A stretch of DNA of 64,000 bases from a virus. Positions 52,775 to 61,803 of the stretch are shown here, one piece after another. Each line of letters opens with the position of its first letter. Within the stretch, counting starts at the first letter, position 1. The notes below the pieces were generated by a model, which was given only the letters and a program-made list of their open reading frames with translations, was not told the DNA's origin and did no database searches. The stretch lies in IMG/VR virus record IMGVR_UViG_3300046816_000434. The stretch is one strand, 5' to 3'. Both the position numbers and the translations under genes were made by a program.

Positions 52775-54133
52775 ATGTTATCCATTTTTGTGCGCCACAC
52801 CAGCAAATGTTTGCAGGGTGACGGCACCGCCAAAAACCCCGGCCTCGCCAGCAAGAAACTGTCGCCCGCTGAATTGCGCACCTACCGGCGCTGCCAGTGC
52901 CCGAAGTACTTCACTGGCACCTACGATGGCCGGTGGTATCCACGCACCTCTTGTGACGCCTGCACCTGGGAAGCCGCCGAAAGAGCCGTGGCACGCGTAC
53001 GCAGCTTGCAGGATCTCAATATCACGCCCGCCCAGGCCGCGCCGCCCGCTCCCGGCCCCCCAAGGATTGAGACTCCGCGCGCCACCTTGCTGGTCGATGC
53101 CGTGCGCAGTTGGGTTACGGAGTGCCGCACCGATGGGTTGCGTGGCATGCGGATGTGGGAGCACCTCGGTGAAATTCTCCTCCTGCGCGCCAAGCAGAAG
53201 CATGTCGCCACAGTAGAAGGGATTACCCCGCTCTTTATTAATGAGTGGCGCGCTGCCTGGGCGAACGAACAGTCGCCGCGCAAGAAAACACCTGGCCTCA
53301 TGCCTAACACGCGCAAGTCGCGCCTGCGCCGTTTGAGTCACTTCCTGAACCATTGTGTCCGCATGCAATACATCAAGGAAACCCCCATGCGTCTGATTAA
53401 ACCTGCGGGGCGCCGCAAGCAGAAACGGGTTGCCGGCAGCGCACAGCGTCAGGATGAAGGTATTGCCACTCTGCCGATTGATGAGCGTGGCGATGCCAAC
53501 TACCGTCGCATCATCGCCTACCTTCCCGAATTCTTTGCGCCCAAACGGATTGACGGCCAGGTGATAAGCCGCCGCGCCGCGCTCGGTTCGCGACCTGATA
53601 ATTTCGGTGCCCTGCTGCAGTTGATGTATACCACCGGGCTGCGCGTCAGCGATGCCATCCTCTTTGAGGTTGACGCCGTGTACGACACGGGACACGGCTG
53701 GGGCTCCTACACCACCACACAATATAAAACTGGCGGCAATGTCACCGTGGTCATCGAACCCTGGTTGCTGACCAAACTGCGTTGCCTGCCGTACATTGCC
53801 GCACGTTACCTTTTTTGGGACGGACACCGGGCAATCGACAGATATGAATGCACCCAGGTGGGCGCGTATCTGCGTGAGATCGGCACCAAGCTCGGTATCG
53901 AGAAACTGCACGCGCACCGCTTTCGGGATTCGTTCGCCGTCAACAAGCTGAACGAAGGCTGGAAGATCCAGGATGTCAGTAAGGCGCTTGGGCACAAGAG
54001 TGTCGCCATTACCGAAATGTATTACTCGCCATGGGTACGCTCCCGCGAGGAAGCCCTGATCCATACCTGGATTACCACGCCCATTAAGTTGCCTGCGAAT
54101 GTAATGGAGCCGTCTCAGACCCGGCCCAACTAG
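52775..54133 (+). CDS. int: Tyrosine recombinase/integrase
   Basis: TGLRVSDA (R), HAHRFRDSFA (HxxR), LGHKSVAITEMYY (H/Y), plus N-terminal arm-binding and core-binding domains. Confidence 0.95.
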   Translation: MLSIFVRHTSKCLQGDGTAKNPGLASKKLSPAELRTYRRCQCPKYFTGTYDGRWYPRTSCDACTWEAAERAVARVRSLQDLNITPAQAAPPAPGPPRIETPRATLLVDAVRSWVTECRTDGLRGMRMWEHLGEILLLRAKQKHVATVEGITPLFINEWRAAWANEQSPRKKTPGLMPNTRKSRLRRLSHFLNHCVRMQYIKETPMRLIKPAGRRKQKRVAGSAQRQDEGIATLPIDERGDANYRRIIAYLPEFFAPKRIDGQVISRRAALGSRPDNFGALLQLMYTTGLRVSDAILFEVDAVYDTGHGWGSYTTTQYKTGGNVTVVIEPWLLTKLRCLPYIAARYLFWDGHRAIDRYECTQVGAYLREIGTKLGIEKLHAHRFRDSFAVNKLNEGWKIQDVSKALGHKSVAITEMYYSPWVRSREEALIHTWITTPIKLPANVMEPSQTRPN

Positions 54134-54348
54134 CGCTGCTGCCATTCGGCGCGCACCTGCGCCAGGACGCTATCGGGCACCAGCATCATGGTGTAGCGGC
54201 GCCGCCGGCTACTGCCCCGGTGCCCGATCAGCTCCACTCCCGGCCGGTCCTCAAAGATCCGCCGCACGGAGCGGCGGCTCAATCCCAATAACGCCACCAG
54301 CTCCCCGGTGCGCCAGGATTTTTCTTGTGTGTCCATCACCCGCATCAT
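54130..54348 (-). CDS. xis: Excisionase-like wHTH protein
   Basis: WRTGELVALLGLSRRSVRRIFEDRPGV...RRY..MLVPDSV; convergent with int. Confidence 0.65.
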   Translation of the reverse strand: MMRVMDTQEKSWRTGELVALLGLSRRSVRRIFEDRPGVELIGHRGSSRRRRYTMMLVPDSVLAQVRAEWQQR

Positions 54349-54512
54349 CTCTTTTTGCCCTCCTTCAGCAGCCTGCGTAGCTCCGCCACAAAGCGCTGGT
54401 AGCGGAGCCGCTCCTCCTTCTGGGGTTCCGGCCCCCACCAGATAACCAGAACCGTGACCATGTCGTTGTCGTGCAGGCTCACGTCACGCATTGTGAGGTT
54501 CGGGTCGCTCAC
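54345..54512 (-). CDS. Small hypothetical protein
   Basis: GTG start coupled to the upstream stop. Confidence 0.45.
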   Translation of the reverse strand: MSDPNLTMRDVSLHDNDMVTVLVIWWGPEPQKEERLRYQRFVAELRRLLKEGKKR

Positions 54513-54856
54513 GTCTTCTCCTTCTCCAGCTCCTTTACCGCCGTCACCACTTCCGGCCGCGCCGCGTACAGGCCGCAACGGCACCCGCTCCTGGTCTTGC
54601 CGTCCCCAATTCTGTAGATCAATCCATCGGCTTTCAGCTCCGTCATTCTGGCGCCGCACGTCTGGTGCTTCATCCCGGTGATGGCTTCCACGCCGTCGCT
54701 GGAGATGCCTGGAGCCGGGCTGTGGCGGACGACCAGGCGCAGCACCAGGAAGCGCTGGTTGCTCTTGAATGGCGTGACGTCCTGGTTGGCCTCCACACTG
54801 TACGGCTCGCCGCCGTGATAGTTAGATGTGATGTCGTCCGCTTCATTGCGCTCCAC
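54509..54856 (-). CDS. Winged-helix DNA-binding protein
   Basis: DITSNYHGG...S.DGVEAITGMKHQTCGARMTELKADGLI...KTRSG. Confidence 0.7.
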   Translation of the reverse strand: MERNEADDITSNYHGGEPYSVEANQDVTPFKSNQRFLVLRLVVRHSPAPGISSDGVEAITGMKHQTCGARMTELKADGLIYRIGDGKTRSGCRCGLYAARPEVVTAVKELEKEKT

Positions 54857-55184
54857 TTGGCTCCTCCGGTTCAGGCCCGTAGTCCTCCACGTTCCACCTG
54901 ATATACTTTGCCGTCGCGTAGTCGTTGCCCTTGTGCTGCTGGATTTGCCATTCAAAGATGTGGCCGCACTCGCCTTCAAAGACGATCACCAGGCAGGCAC
55001 GTCGTTCGTGGAGAGTTGCGCCTCTTGCAATCGTGCCTTGATAAGGCCTCCCTCCTTCGACGGGATCGATTCCCAGCCTGGTGAAGACCTCCCGGATGTG
55101 CGAATAATTGTGGCCGCATTTCGGACAGATGACCGAATGCTCCACCGGGTCGATCAGTAGATCCAGGCGTACTTTATATTCCAT
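54843..55184 (-). CDS. Zinc-ribbon hypothetical protein
   Basis: ICPKCG...YSH...FEGECGH...HKG. Confidence 0.7.
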   Translation of the reverse strand: MEYKVRLDLLIDPVEHSVICPKCGHNYSHIREVFTRLGIDPVEGGRPYQGTIARGATLHERRACLVIVFEGECGHIFEWQIQQHKGNDYATAKYIRWNVEDYGPEPEEPSGAQ

Positions 55185-55386
55185 CAGGGTCCTCCAATTT
55201 ATAGGGCGCGTCCGGTTCCCAGTCGCCCCGGTTGCCGGGATACTTCCAGGTAGGAGACTCCTCCCTGGCGGCGGCGACGGTGATGATGAGCGGCTCCTGC
55301 AGCCTGCGCTGGTCGCGCACCAGGACGCGGGCGGGTCCGTGGCAGTACGCCTTCAGCCATCGCTCATCCCAGCTTGTCCACTCCAC
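55174..55386 (-). CDS. Hypothetical protein
   Basis: 70-aa ORF within the coupled operon. Confidence 0.5.
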   Translation of the reverse strand: MEWTSWDERWLKAYCHGPARVLVRDQRRLQEPLIITVAAAREESPTWKYPGNRGDWEPDAPYKLEDPDGI

Positions 55387-55389
55387 GGC

Positions 55390-55575
55390 TCATTCCCCGG
55401 TGCGTTTCCACTCCGCCAGCGTCTGGTGGTGTTCCGCCAGATCCACCACAGGCTCACGGTGAGCGCACCAAGTCCTGGCCTGACAGATGAAGCATGGCCG
55501 CGCCTGATACAGCGCGGTGAGAAAGGCGCGCTGCCGCCACCTGGAATCGGCCGTCATCAATTGGGGCTCAGTCAT
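55390..55575 (-). CDS. Small Cys-containing protein
   Basis: CFIC...WCAHRE; AAGGAG-like SD. Confidence 0.6.
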   Translation of the reverse strand: MTEPQLMTADSRWRQRAFLTALYQARPCFICQARTWCAHREPVVDLAEHHQTLAEWKRTGE

Positions 55576-55918
55576 CTTTCTTCTCCTCTCCGCTGGCCGG
55601 CTCCATCTCGTGTATGAAGGCGTGCAAGTCGCTCAGCCGGTCGACATCGCAGTCCCCGAAGACCGGCTGGTTGCGGTACAGGAAGTGCTGCCGCACCCAC
55701 CTCAGCTCCTCCATCTCGACCGCCTGCCAGGCGATGCGCACCAGCTCGCTCCTGGTCAGGGTGTTGCTTACATACCAGCGCTGGCCGCGCTGCTCTTCGC
55801 CGTCGCGCCGCCAGCTCCATTGCAGCCAGAAGGCGCCGTTGGTGTAAGTCCCCAGTAACGGTTCCCAGTGGTGGTAGCGGACCTCGGAGAGAATCTTGCG
55901 CACTTCAATCGTGTTCAC
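55568..55918 (-). CDS. Conserved phage hypothetical protein
   Basis: GQRWYVS..LTRSELVRIAW...E.R..RQHFLYR..PVFG; AAGGGAGG SD. Confidence 0.7.
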   Translation of the reverse strand: MNTIEVRKILSEVRYHHWEPLLGTYTNGAFWLQWSWRRDGEEQRGQRWYVSNTLTRSELVRIAWQAVEMEELRWVRQHFLYRNQPVFGDCDVDRLSDLHAFIHEMEPASGEEKKDD

Positions 55919-56051
55919 CGGCCCTCCCTTTTTCCAAATTGGATCTTGAAGCCCAAACAGGGCACGGGCAAGAGGTAAAGGCTGCGGGAGCTGCGGTCCC
56001 AGTAAGCCCCTACCCACAGGTCGTACCAAGCCACCACAAGAGTGATCCGCA

Positions 56052-56855
56052 TTAGAAGTCTGGCTCCTGTTTCTCCCTGCGCCGCACTTCCGCCTCTACT
56101 TCCGCGAGGCGTTCCGGCGTCCAGCCATCCCGTTTGGCGCGCGCCACTGTCAGCGCCTGGTTGATTTGCTCCTGCGTGATGGGCGCGGCGAAGGCACGCG
56201 GGCGCGCGCCGCCAGGAGGACGGTAAAAGAGGAGGACTTCCTCCGACAGTTGTGCCACCGCTTCCGCCGCCTCATCCGGGCTCATGTTCTCGCGGTCCTC
56301 CAGGCCCTCCACCAGCGAGGCGTAATCATAGACCGCAAAGCACGCCTTGCGGTTGGACGCCATCACGGCGACGCCGATCATGGCATCGTCATGCTTGCTC
56401 TCTAGAGCCAGCAGATCGAGGTGCTCCACGTCAATCCACGCGCGCATCTCCTGGCGCCGCTTCTCGGCGGGGCTGAACTTGTTGCGCGCCGCCCACGCCT
56501 TGCCGATAGCTTCCAGCTCTTCCTTGGGCCAGCCCTCAAACTTCCCGGCCGGCAGGGCGAGGCGCGGCAACGCGGGATCGGGCGGCACGCCATCGGTATA
56601 GATGGCACTGGTGGTCTCGATCCCGTCGCCCGGATAGTAGCGCGAGCAGTAGATGGCACGCAGCTCCCTGATCCCCTCCCACTTGTTCCACAGATTGACG
56701 GCACGGCGGATCAGCCAGTCCAGGGCCTCTTCGTCCTTCACCATCTCTGACAGGGTGCGCAGGATCATCAGGCGCGCGTCCTGGTCGTAGGGGAAGCGCG
56801 GCAATACGGACAGCTCCGCCACCTTCTGGGCCAGGTACTCGGCGCGGATACTCAT
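56052..56855 (-). CDS. Replication-region protein, two-domain fusion
   Basis: N-half helical (helicase-loader-region-like); C-half DDAMIG...AVYDY..LVE resembles 61421..61738. Confidence 0.7.
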   Translation of the reverse strand: MSIRAEYLAQKVAELSVLPRFPYDQDARLMILRTLSEMVKDEEALDWLIRRAVNLWNKWEGIRELRAIYCSRYYPGDGIETTSAIYTDGVPPDPALPRLALPAGKFEGWPKEELEAIGKAWAARNKFSPAEKRRQEMRAWIDVEHLDLLALESKHDDAMIGVAVMASNRKACFAVYDYASLVEGLEDRENMSPDEAAEAVAQLSEEVLLFYRPPGGARPRAFAAPITQEQINQALTVARAKRDGWTPERLAEVEAEVRRREKQEPDF

Positions 56856-57262
56856 ACCTTGCCCTCCTTGAGATAGCGGTCCAGCGCCGCCGTGTACAGG
56901 CGTTCGGCCTGGGTGGGCTGGTGCGGCGAGATATGGCCGACGTCATCGAGCCAGCGGCGGTGACGCAGCCAGGTCCCCGGATGCGGGACGAACGGTCCGT
57001 TCTGCGCCAGCACCGGGATCTGGGCGCGCAGGCCTTTCAGAATCTCGTCAGGCTTGACTTTGGGGTCCTTCATCAGCTTGTCCCAGGCCTGCCGCGCCTG
57101 GTACTTGTCCACCTTGCGCGGGTAGGCGTTCCAGAACTGCTCCCAGTCCTTGTCCTCAGCCGGTATCTTGCGCGCCGGGGTCTCCACCAGGTCCATGCCT
57201 TCCAGCGCCATCTGCCCCGGCGGTTTGGTTTTGAAGCGAACCTTCTTGGACGTTCCGGACAT
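56852..57262 (-). CDS. Replisome organiser C-terminal-type domain protein
   Basis: WEQFWNAYPRKVDKYQARQAWDKL...FVPHPGTWLRHRRWLD. Confidence 0.75.
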   Translation of the reverse strand: MSGTSKKVRFKTKPPGQMALEGMDLVETPARKIPAEDKDWEQFWNAYPRKVDKYQARQAWDKLMKDPKVKPDEILKGLRAQIPVLAQNGPFVPHPGTWLRHRRWLDDVGHISPHQPTQAERLYTAALDRYLKEGKV

Positions 57263-57712
57263 TTACATCCTCACCTTCTGCCACTCGCCGTTCTTCAGCC
57301 GCCATACAAAATACACCGGTAGCGGGAAGTGGGCGCTGACGCTGCGCGCCTTGACGATGGCATCGTCCTCGGCGCGATACTTGTCGCCCTTGGTCCCCTT
57401 GCAGTCATGCAGCTCCAGGTGCCCGTCGCGGTATTGCACCAGGTAATCGGGTGTGTACCAGCAGCGCACACCAATCCGGATTTTGATGGCCTCAAAGGCA
57501 AACCAGGCCACGCATTCTTTCTTCGGCAATCCGCCCAGATTGCGCGCCCGGTCTTCTGCGGGTATCCATGCGAGCTGTTTCAGATAGACGCCGTACGCGG
57601 ACTCAGTCTTATTCGGTCCGCGTACAATGGTCCCGGCCGGATCGACCGGGGAACGCGGCTTGCGATCCGGCTGTCCTACCCGTGCGAGATCTTGTTCGGT
57701 CCAATTGCCCAC
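57263..57712 (-). CDS. PD-(D/E)xK nuclease, DUF1064-like/putative Holliday junction resolvase
   Basis: NKTESAY...FEAIKIRI...WYTPDY...LELHDCKG. Confidence 0.75.
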   Translation of the reverse strand: MGNWTEQDLARVGQPDRKPRSPVDPAGTIVRGPNKTESAYGVYLKQLAWIPAEDRARNLGGLPKKECVAWFAFEAIKIRIGVRCWYTPDYLVQYRDGHLELHDCKGTKGDKYRAEDDAIVKARSVSAHFPLPVYFVWRLKNGEWQKVRM

Positions 57713-57825
57713 GGCACCCTCCACTTAGTCAGGCAGCGGCGGCAGGTGTAAGTCGGCCCGCCGCTCCACCGGACACTTCGCGCGTCGTGATGCATCAGGC
57801 GGCACCACCAGCGCCGTAACTTCAT
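57676..57825 (-). CDS. Small zinc-binding protein
   Basis: WCRLMHH...YTCRRC..W.VPW; overlaps the nuclease gene start. Confidence 0.5.
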   Translation of the reverse strand: MKLRRWWCRLMHHDARSVRWSGGPTYTCRRCLTKWRVPWAIGPNKISHG

Positions 57826-58013
57826 TCCGTTCCTGTCAGGGGCATTGCCTGGGCAGGGCGCGGCGCGCGTCTGCGCATCACTGCCTTCTTGATCTGGTCG
57901 CGGTCCCACTCACAGCCCTTCATCATCAGTTCTAAAGAGCGTCTCTGTTCCGCGTTCAGGTTCAGCCACAACTGGAAGACCTTTTCTTCCGGGGGGGTAT
58001 CCTTTCTCGGCAT
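57822..58013 (-). CDS. Small basic hypothetical protein
   Basis: AAGGAG SD; coupled to the downstream gene. Confidence 0.55.
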   Translation of the reverse strand: MPRKDTPPEEKVFQLWLNLNAEQRRSLELMMKGCEWDRDQIKKAVMRRRAPRPAQAMPLTGTE

Positions 58014-58308
58014 ATTTTTTTTGTCTCCTTCCTTTACCTTTTCCTCTTGGTCCGTCGTCGTAACTTCCCTTGTTATCGAGCAGGTGCAGGAGCCCGTTGC
58101 GCCTGAGCCAGCTCAGGAACAGCACGCGCTCCCCTTTGGTGAGCGTGGCCTCTATCGCCATGCCGGCCGCAAAGCGCGCCCTGCCTTCCTTCGCATAGCG
58201 CGGGAACAGGTAGATTGCCGCCGACTGCAGGTCGAAGATGCTCCCGCCAGTCTCCGCCAGGTCGATGCGCAGGCGGTAAAACTCGCGCAACTGGAGTTGT
58301 TCGCTCAC
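57910..58308 (-). CDS. Hypothetical protein
   Basis: 132 aa; its 3' end overlaps the next gene by about 100 nt. Confidence 0.55.
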   Translation of the reverse strand: MSEQLQLREFYRLRIDLAETGGSIFDLQSAAIYLFPRYAKEGRARFAAGMAIEATLTKGERVLFLSWLRRNGLLHLLDNKGSYDDGPRGKGKGRRQKKYAEKGYPPGRKGLPVVAEPERGTETLFRTDDEGL

Positions 58309-58311
58309 TCA

Positions 58312-58590
58312 TCACTCATGCGCCAGTCTTGCGCCCAGCCAGGCCAGCTTGTCGCGGTCCAGCCGGGTGCGTTGGCTCAGCCGGTTCAAGCGGTTGTGTA
58401 TGTCCCGTTCGCCCAGCCGCAGGCGCCGGGAGATCTCCAGCACCGTCAACCCCCCGCCCATCAGGACCAGGATCTGGTACTGGCGTTCGGTCAGGCGGAT
58501 CTCCGCCCCTACCTCCAGCGCCAGGACATGGTGGATCGGGTTGGCGCGCTTGGTGTAGGGCGACCTTGGTTTCTTGGTGGTTGCCATCAT
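58312..58590 (-). CDS. LuxR-type HTH protein
   Basis: LTERQYQILVLMGGGLTVLEISRRLRLGERDIHNRL. Confidence 0.75.
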   Translation of the reverse strand: MMATTKKPRSPYTKRANPIHHVLALEVGAEIRLTERQYQILVLMGGGLTVLEISRRLRLGERDIHNRLNRLSQRTRLDRDKLAWLGARLAHE

Positions 58591-59312
58591 CGCCGCTCCA
58601 CCCGGTCGTCCTTGACCCACTCCGCGCCTGCAACCGCCATCCCGCTTTTGAGTTGCGGCGCTAGCGCGGAGAGCATCACGTCGTCGGTGATCGTGTACTG
58701 GCCGCGCAGGCGCGGCAGGAAGTCCTCAGGCACGGCGTTCAACAGGTCGAACCAGAGCTGCATCGTCATCTTGATCGTGGCCCTCCGCCATATGGGCGGG
58801 ACCGCCTCCTGGTTGGTCACGTGGACGCGGCCGGGATTAGAGACCAGCACCAGGCTGCTGTTGCTCCCCTCCAGCTCGCGTGGCCCATGCAGCGGCTTGG
58901 GCAGTAAGTGCAGCGCGTAGTGCGCCGCGCCCAGCATGCGCTGGATGATCGTATCCGCCGCGCGTTTCCGGGCCGTGAGGCGGCTGACTTCCCGCACCAG
59001 CGCGTCACGCTGCCCCTCCAGGTAGGCGAGCATTCCGGTATAGCGGTCGACCTTGCGGCTGATTGCCAGCTCTTCGGCGTACTTGCGCAGTCCCAGCTCG
59101 GCCGCGTTCATCTCCGTGACGATGTCCGCTATTTCGTTGTCGTCTTGCATGACGGGACGCGGCGGGATTTGCGCGAGACGCATCTCCAGCCCCGCCAGGT
59201 TGCGCACCAGGGCGATCAGGCTGGGGTCGCGCTCCTGGACCTCGACGCTCAGCGCCGGGACCAGCTCCTCGGGCGCGGGATCAGGCACGGGTTCAGAATG
59301 GGATGTCTTCAT
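58587..59312 (-). CDS. Siphovirus Gp157-family protein
   Basis: KVDRYTGMLAYLEGQRDALVREVSRLTARKRA...; C-terminal L..G..VAGAE. Confidence 0.75.
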   Translation of the reverse strand: MKTSHSEPVPDPAPEELVPALSVEVQERDPSLIALVRNLAGLEMRLAQIPPRPVMQDDNEIADIVTEMNAAELGLRKYAEELAISRKVDRYTGMLAYLEGQRDALVREVSRLTARKRAADTIIQRMLGAAHYALHLLPKPLHGPRELEGSNSSLVLVSNPGRVHVTNQEAVPPIWRRATIKMTMQLWFDLLNAVPEDFLPRLRGQYTITDDVMLSALAPQLKSGMAVAGAEWVKDDRVERR

Positions 59313-59931
59313 CGGTCACCTCATCCTTGTACGGAGGCTGAGCAGCAGGCTGCACCCAAGTCTCCGGTGATTTCGGCGGCAGCGGCGGCTTGGGCAATAG
59401 ACCGGCCTGTTGCTGCCGCCTGCCGAATGGTGGCTGCTGCTGTGGGGCGCGCGGCTGCGACACCATCCCGCCGCCTTCCTGCGGGCGGTGGATTACCCGC
59501 ACGTAGCCATCGGGCTGGGGTGCCTCGTAGCCGTTGGGCATACGCATGACGGCGATGATGTTGGCGTAGATCTGCCCATCGTTGCCAGCTTGCTGCACAA
59601 CAGAGAGCAGGCAACCCACGCCCAGCACGTTCTCTAGATCAAACCCGTTTAGTTCCTCTGGTTTGAAGTCCTGTCCCCGCCAGCTTGACAAATCCTTACG
59701 AAGGCTGCTTTTCTCATGCAGCGACGCGGTATACATGCGCTGGACGAGGTACGGCCTGCCATCCGGCATGCGCTCGCTGACCTGCCACACCAGCCGGATC
59801 TTGTGCACCATCTCCTCCTTCCAGGGTGACTTCATGGCTCCCAGGTCGACCACATCCACGCAGACCGCAGGCCAGGTGCCGGCGGGGCATGGCTGAAAAT
59901 CGCCTTCTGTTCGTCTCACCACAATTGCCAT
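59293..59931 (-). CDS. Phage SSB-like protein (NGO0469 family) with acidic DIPF tail
   Basis: PAGTWPAVCVDVVDLG...YTASLHEKSSLRKDLSSWRG...FDLENVLG..C.L; ends DEDIPF. Confidence 0.8.
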   Translation of the reverse strand: MAIVVRRTEGDFQPCPAGTWPAVCVDVVDLGAMKSPWKEEMVHKIRLVWQVSERMPDGRPYLVQRMYTASLHEKSSLRKDLSSWRGQDFKPEELNGFDLENVLGVGCLLSVVQQAGNDGQIYANIIAVMRMPNGYEAPQPDGYVRVIHRPQEGGGMVSQPRAPQQQPPFGRRQQQAGLLPKPPLPPKSPETWVQPAAQPPYKDEVTDEDIPF

Positions 59932-60001
59932 CGTTTGCTCCTTTCAGACACACCAGACACACTCCGCGCGAGCGGAGTACCGGGGGAGGTAAAACCGTGC
60001 G

Positions 60002-60331
60002 TCAGTAGGCGGCGAATCCGTTGCGGCTGAACCCGCCGCCCTGCCGCCTGAGGAAGCGCATCACCGCCGTAATCACCGGGCGGTTGCGTTCAAACCCGCT
60101 CAAGGTGCGGCTCACCGCCGAATGGGCAACGCCGATCCCGCCGTCCCGCCGCCTGACGCGCGCGGCAATCTTGACGACGCTCCCACGGGTCGACCGTACG
60201 GCACGGGCAATCTGTGCCAGCTCAGCCGCCGTGGGGAAGTTGTTCTTCCTCTGTTTCCGCTTTTCGTTTTTGATATTTGGACTATACACCAGGATGAATA
60301 CTGGTACGCGTACGTGTTCCACTAGTCCCAT
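60002..60331 (-). CDS. Cro-like HTH regulator, putative
   Basis: GSVVKIAARV...GVAHSAVSRTLSG; divergent from the RHH gene; start uncertain. Confidence 0.45.
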   Translation of the reverse strand: MGLVEHVRVPVFILVYSPNIKNEKRKQRKNNFPTAAELAQIARAVRSTRGSVVKIAARVRRRDGGIGVAHSAVSRTLSGFERNRPVITAVMRFLRRQGGGFSRNGFAAY

Positions 60332-60492
60332 AGAAACAAACCGAATATAATTTTTTCCGTCAGATCGGATGTGCGCTGTTAAGAACTGTACTATTGTGGT
60401 ATAACCCACTAGTAGGTTATGGAGAACGTAAGGGAATACCGTCTGAGCGTTCTTCTAGGAGCAACGAGGAGACATTAACGAGGAGAACCACA

Positions 60493-60894
60493 ATGTCAGC
60501 ACAACGCGCATCGCCAAGCACGTCGTCAAGCAAGAAGCTAAATCCAAGAGAGAATTCAACAGACAAGGGTGTGGACGAGGACAAGGACAGGGACAAGAGT
60601 TTCATCGCAGTACGCTGGCCCAGCACTCTGAGAAAGCCGCTCAAGGTCGCAGCAGCGGGGAGTGATCCGCCCTTGACCATGACGGAATACCTGACTAATT
60701 GTTTCAACGCGATTGAGGACGAAGGTGGCTTAAGTAAAAGGAAAAAGTCCTCAGGGACAGAAGCGGCAAGCATTCGCCGCAGTGACAAAGAACAACGCAA
60801 GCGTTACCAGGAAGCTAGCGAGAAGCTCTTCCGAACCAACGACCGGCGCCTTATCGACCTCATGATCTCGCTGCTCGGGTACGCGACCCGCTGA
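60493..60894 (+). CDS. Ribbon-helix-helix-like regulator, putative repressor
   Basis: AGGAG SD; FIAVRWPSTLRKPLKVAAA...TMTEYLTNCF fits strand-helix-helix. Confidence 0.6.
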   Translation: MSAQRASPSTSSSKKLNPRENSTDKGVDEDKDRDKSFIAVRWPSTLRKPLKVAAAGSDPPLTMTEYLTNCFNAIEDEGGLSKRKKSSGTEAASIRRSDKEQRKRYQEASEKLFRTNDRRLIDLMISLLGYATR

Positions 60895-60931
60895 GCAGCT
60901 TTCTTAAACGCCCGCTTAGAGGCGTGCTCTT

Positions 60932-61174
60932 TTATTTCGTCGCCTGAGATGCGGCTGCTTTCTTGGAGATCCTCTCCCTCAGAGCAGCCGCATACACCCA
61001 CAGGCTGAGAACCTCGTTCATCAGATGGTCGGCCAGAGCTTCGTCGGTCAAGCTCCAGAGATTGCCGTCGCCTGCCTCCTCGCGCTCGTCGCAGCCCGCC
61101 TCATACATCTGGTACGCAGCGGCACCAAACTCCTGGATCAGCCGGCGGATATGTTCGTGCTGTAGTTGCGTCAT
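60932..61174 (-). CDS. Hypothetical protein
   Basis: 80-aa ORF. Confidence 0.55.
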   Translation of the reverse strand: MTQLQHEHIRRLIQEFGAAAYQMYEAGCDEREEAGDGNLWSLTDEALADHLMNEVLSLWVYAAALRERISKKAAASQATK

Positions 61175-61221
61175 ACAGTAAACTACTACACGTAACAGTT
61201 TGGCGATACAGGGAGGACTCG

Positions 61222-61404
61222 ATGGACATCATCCAGGTACTGGTGGTTCTCGTGATCGTGGGGGTGCTGCTGTGGCTCGTGCAAACTTACATTCCTATGG
61301 CCCAGCCGGTTCGGACCATTCTCACCATCGTGGTGGTGCTGTTTTTATGCATCTGGTTGTTGGGCGTGTTCGGCATAGGGCACTACTACATCGGCCCGCG
61401 TTGA
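61222..61404 (+). CDS. Thivi_2564-family small membrane protein
   Basis: LVVLVIVGVLLWLVQTYIPM..PVRTIL.IVVV...IWLLGVFGI; GGAGG SD. Confidence 0.8.
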   Translation: MDIIQVLVVLVIVGVLLWLVQTYIPMAQPVRTILTIVVVLFLCIWLLGVFGIGHYYIGPR

Positions 61405-61420
61405 GGAAGGAGAAGCGCGC

Positions 61421-61738
61421 GTGACCCCGGCTGAAATCAAAGAATCCCTGAGCGAGTACGACGAGGAGATCCTCACGGCGGACGGGTTTGACGACGCCCT
61501 GATCGGGCTGGCGGAGATTGCCTGCAAGCCGCCTGTCGCAGCCTACGACTACAACCGCTGCGTGGAGATTCTGGTAGCGCAGGGCATGGACGAAACCGAT
61601 GCCATAGAGCACATGAGCTTCAATGTAACCGGCGCGAACGTTGGGAAATACACGCCTGTCTTCATCCATGACTGGCGGAAGGAAGAGGGAGAGGACGAGC
61701 TGGAAGAGGTAGAGGAAAGCAAACGCGGCCAGGAGTGA
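61421..61738 (+). CDS. Conserved phage hypothetical protein
   Basis: ILTADGFDDALIG...AAYDY.RCVEILV.QGM...AIEHMSFNV.GA.VG..TPVF. Confidence 0.8.
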   Translation: MTPAEIKESLSEYDEEILTADGFDDALIGLAEIACKPPVAAYDYNRCVEILVAQGMDETDAIEHMSFNVTGANVGKYTPVFIHDWRKEEGEDELEEVEESKRGQE

Positions 61739-61803
61739 GCTATTCTCCCGGCCGCGCGCGCATGAACCAACAACGAACCTGCCCAGTATAGCTCAGCAAC
61801 GAG

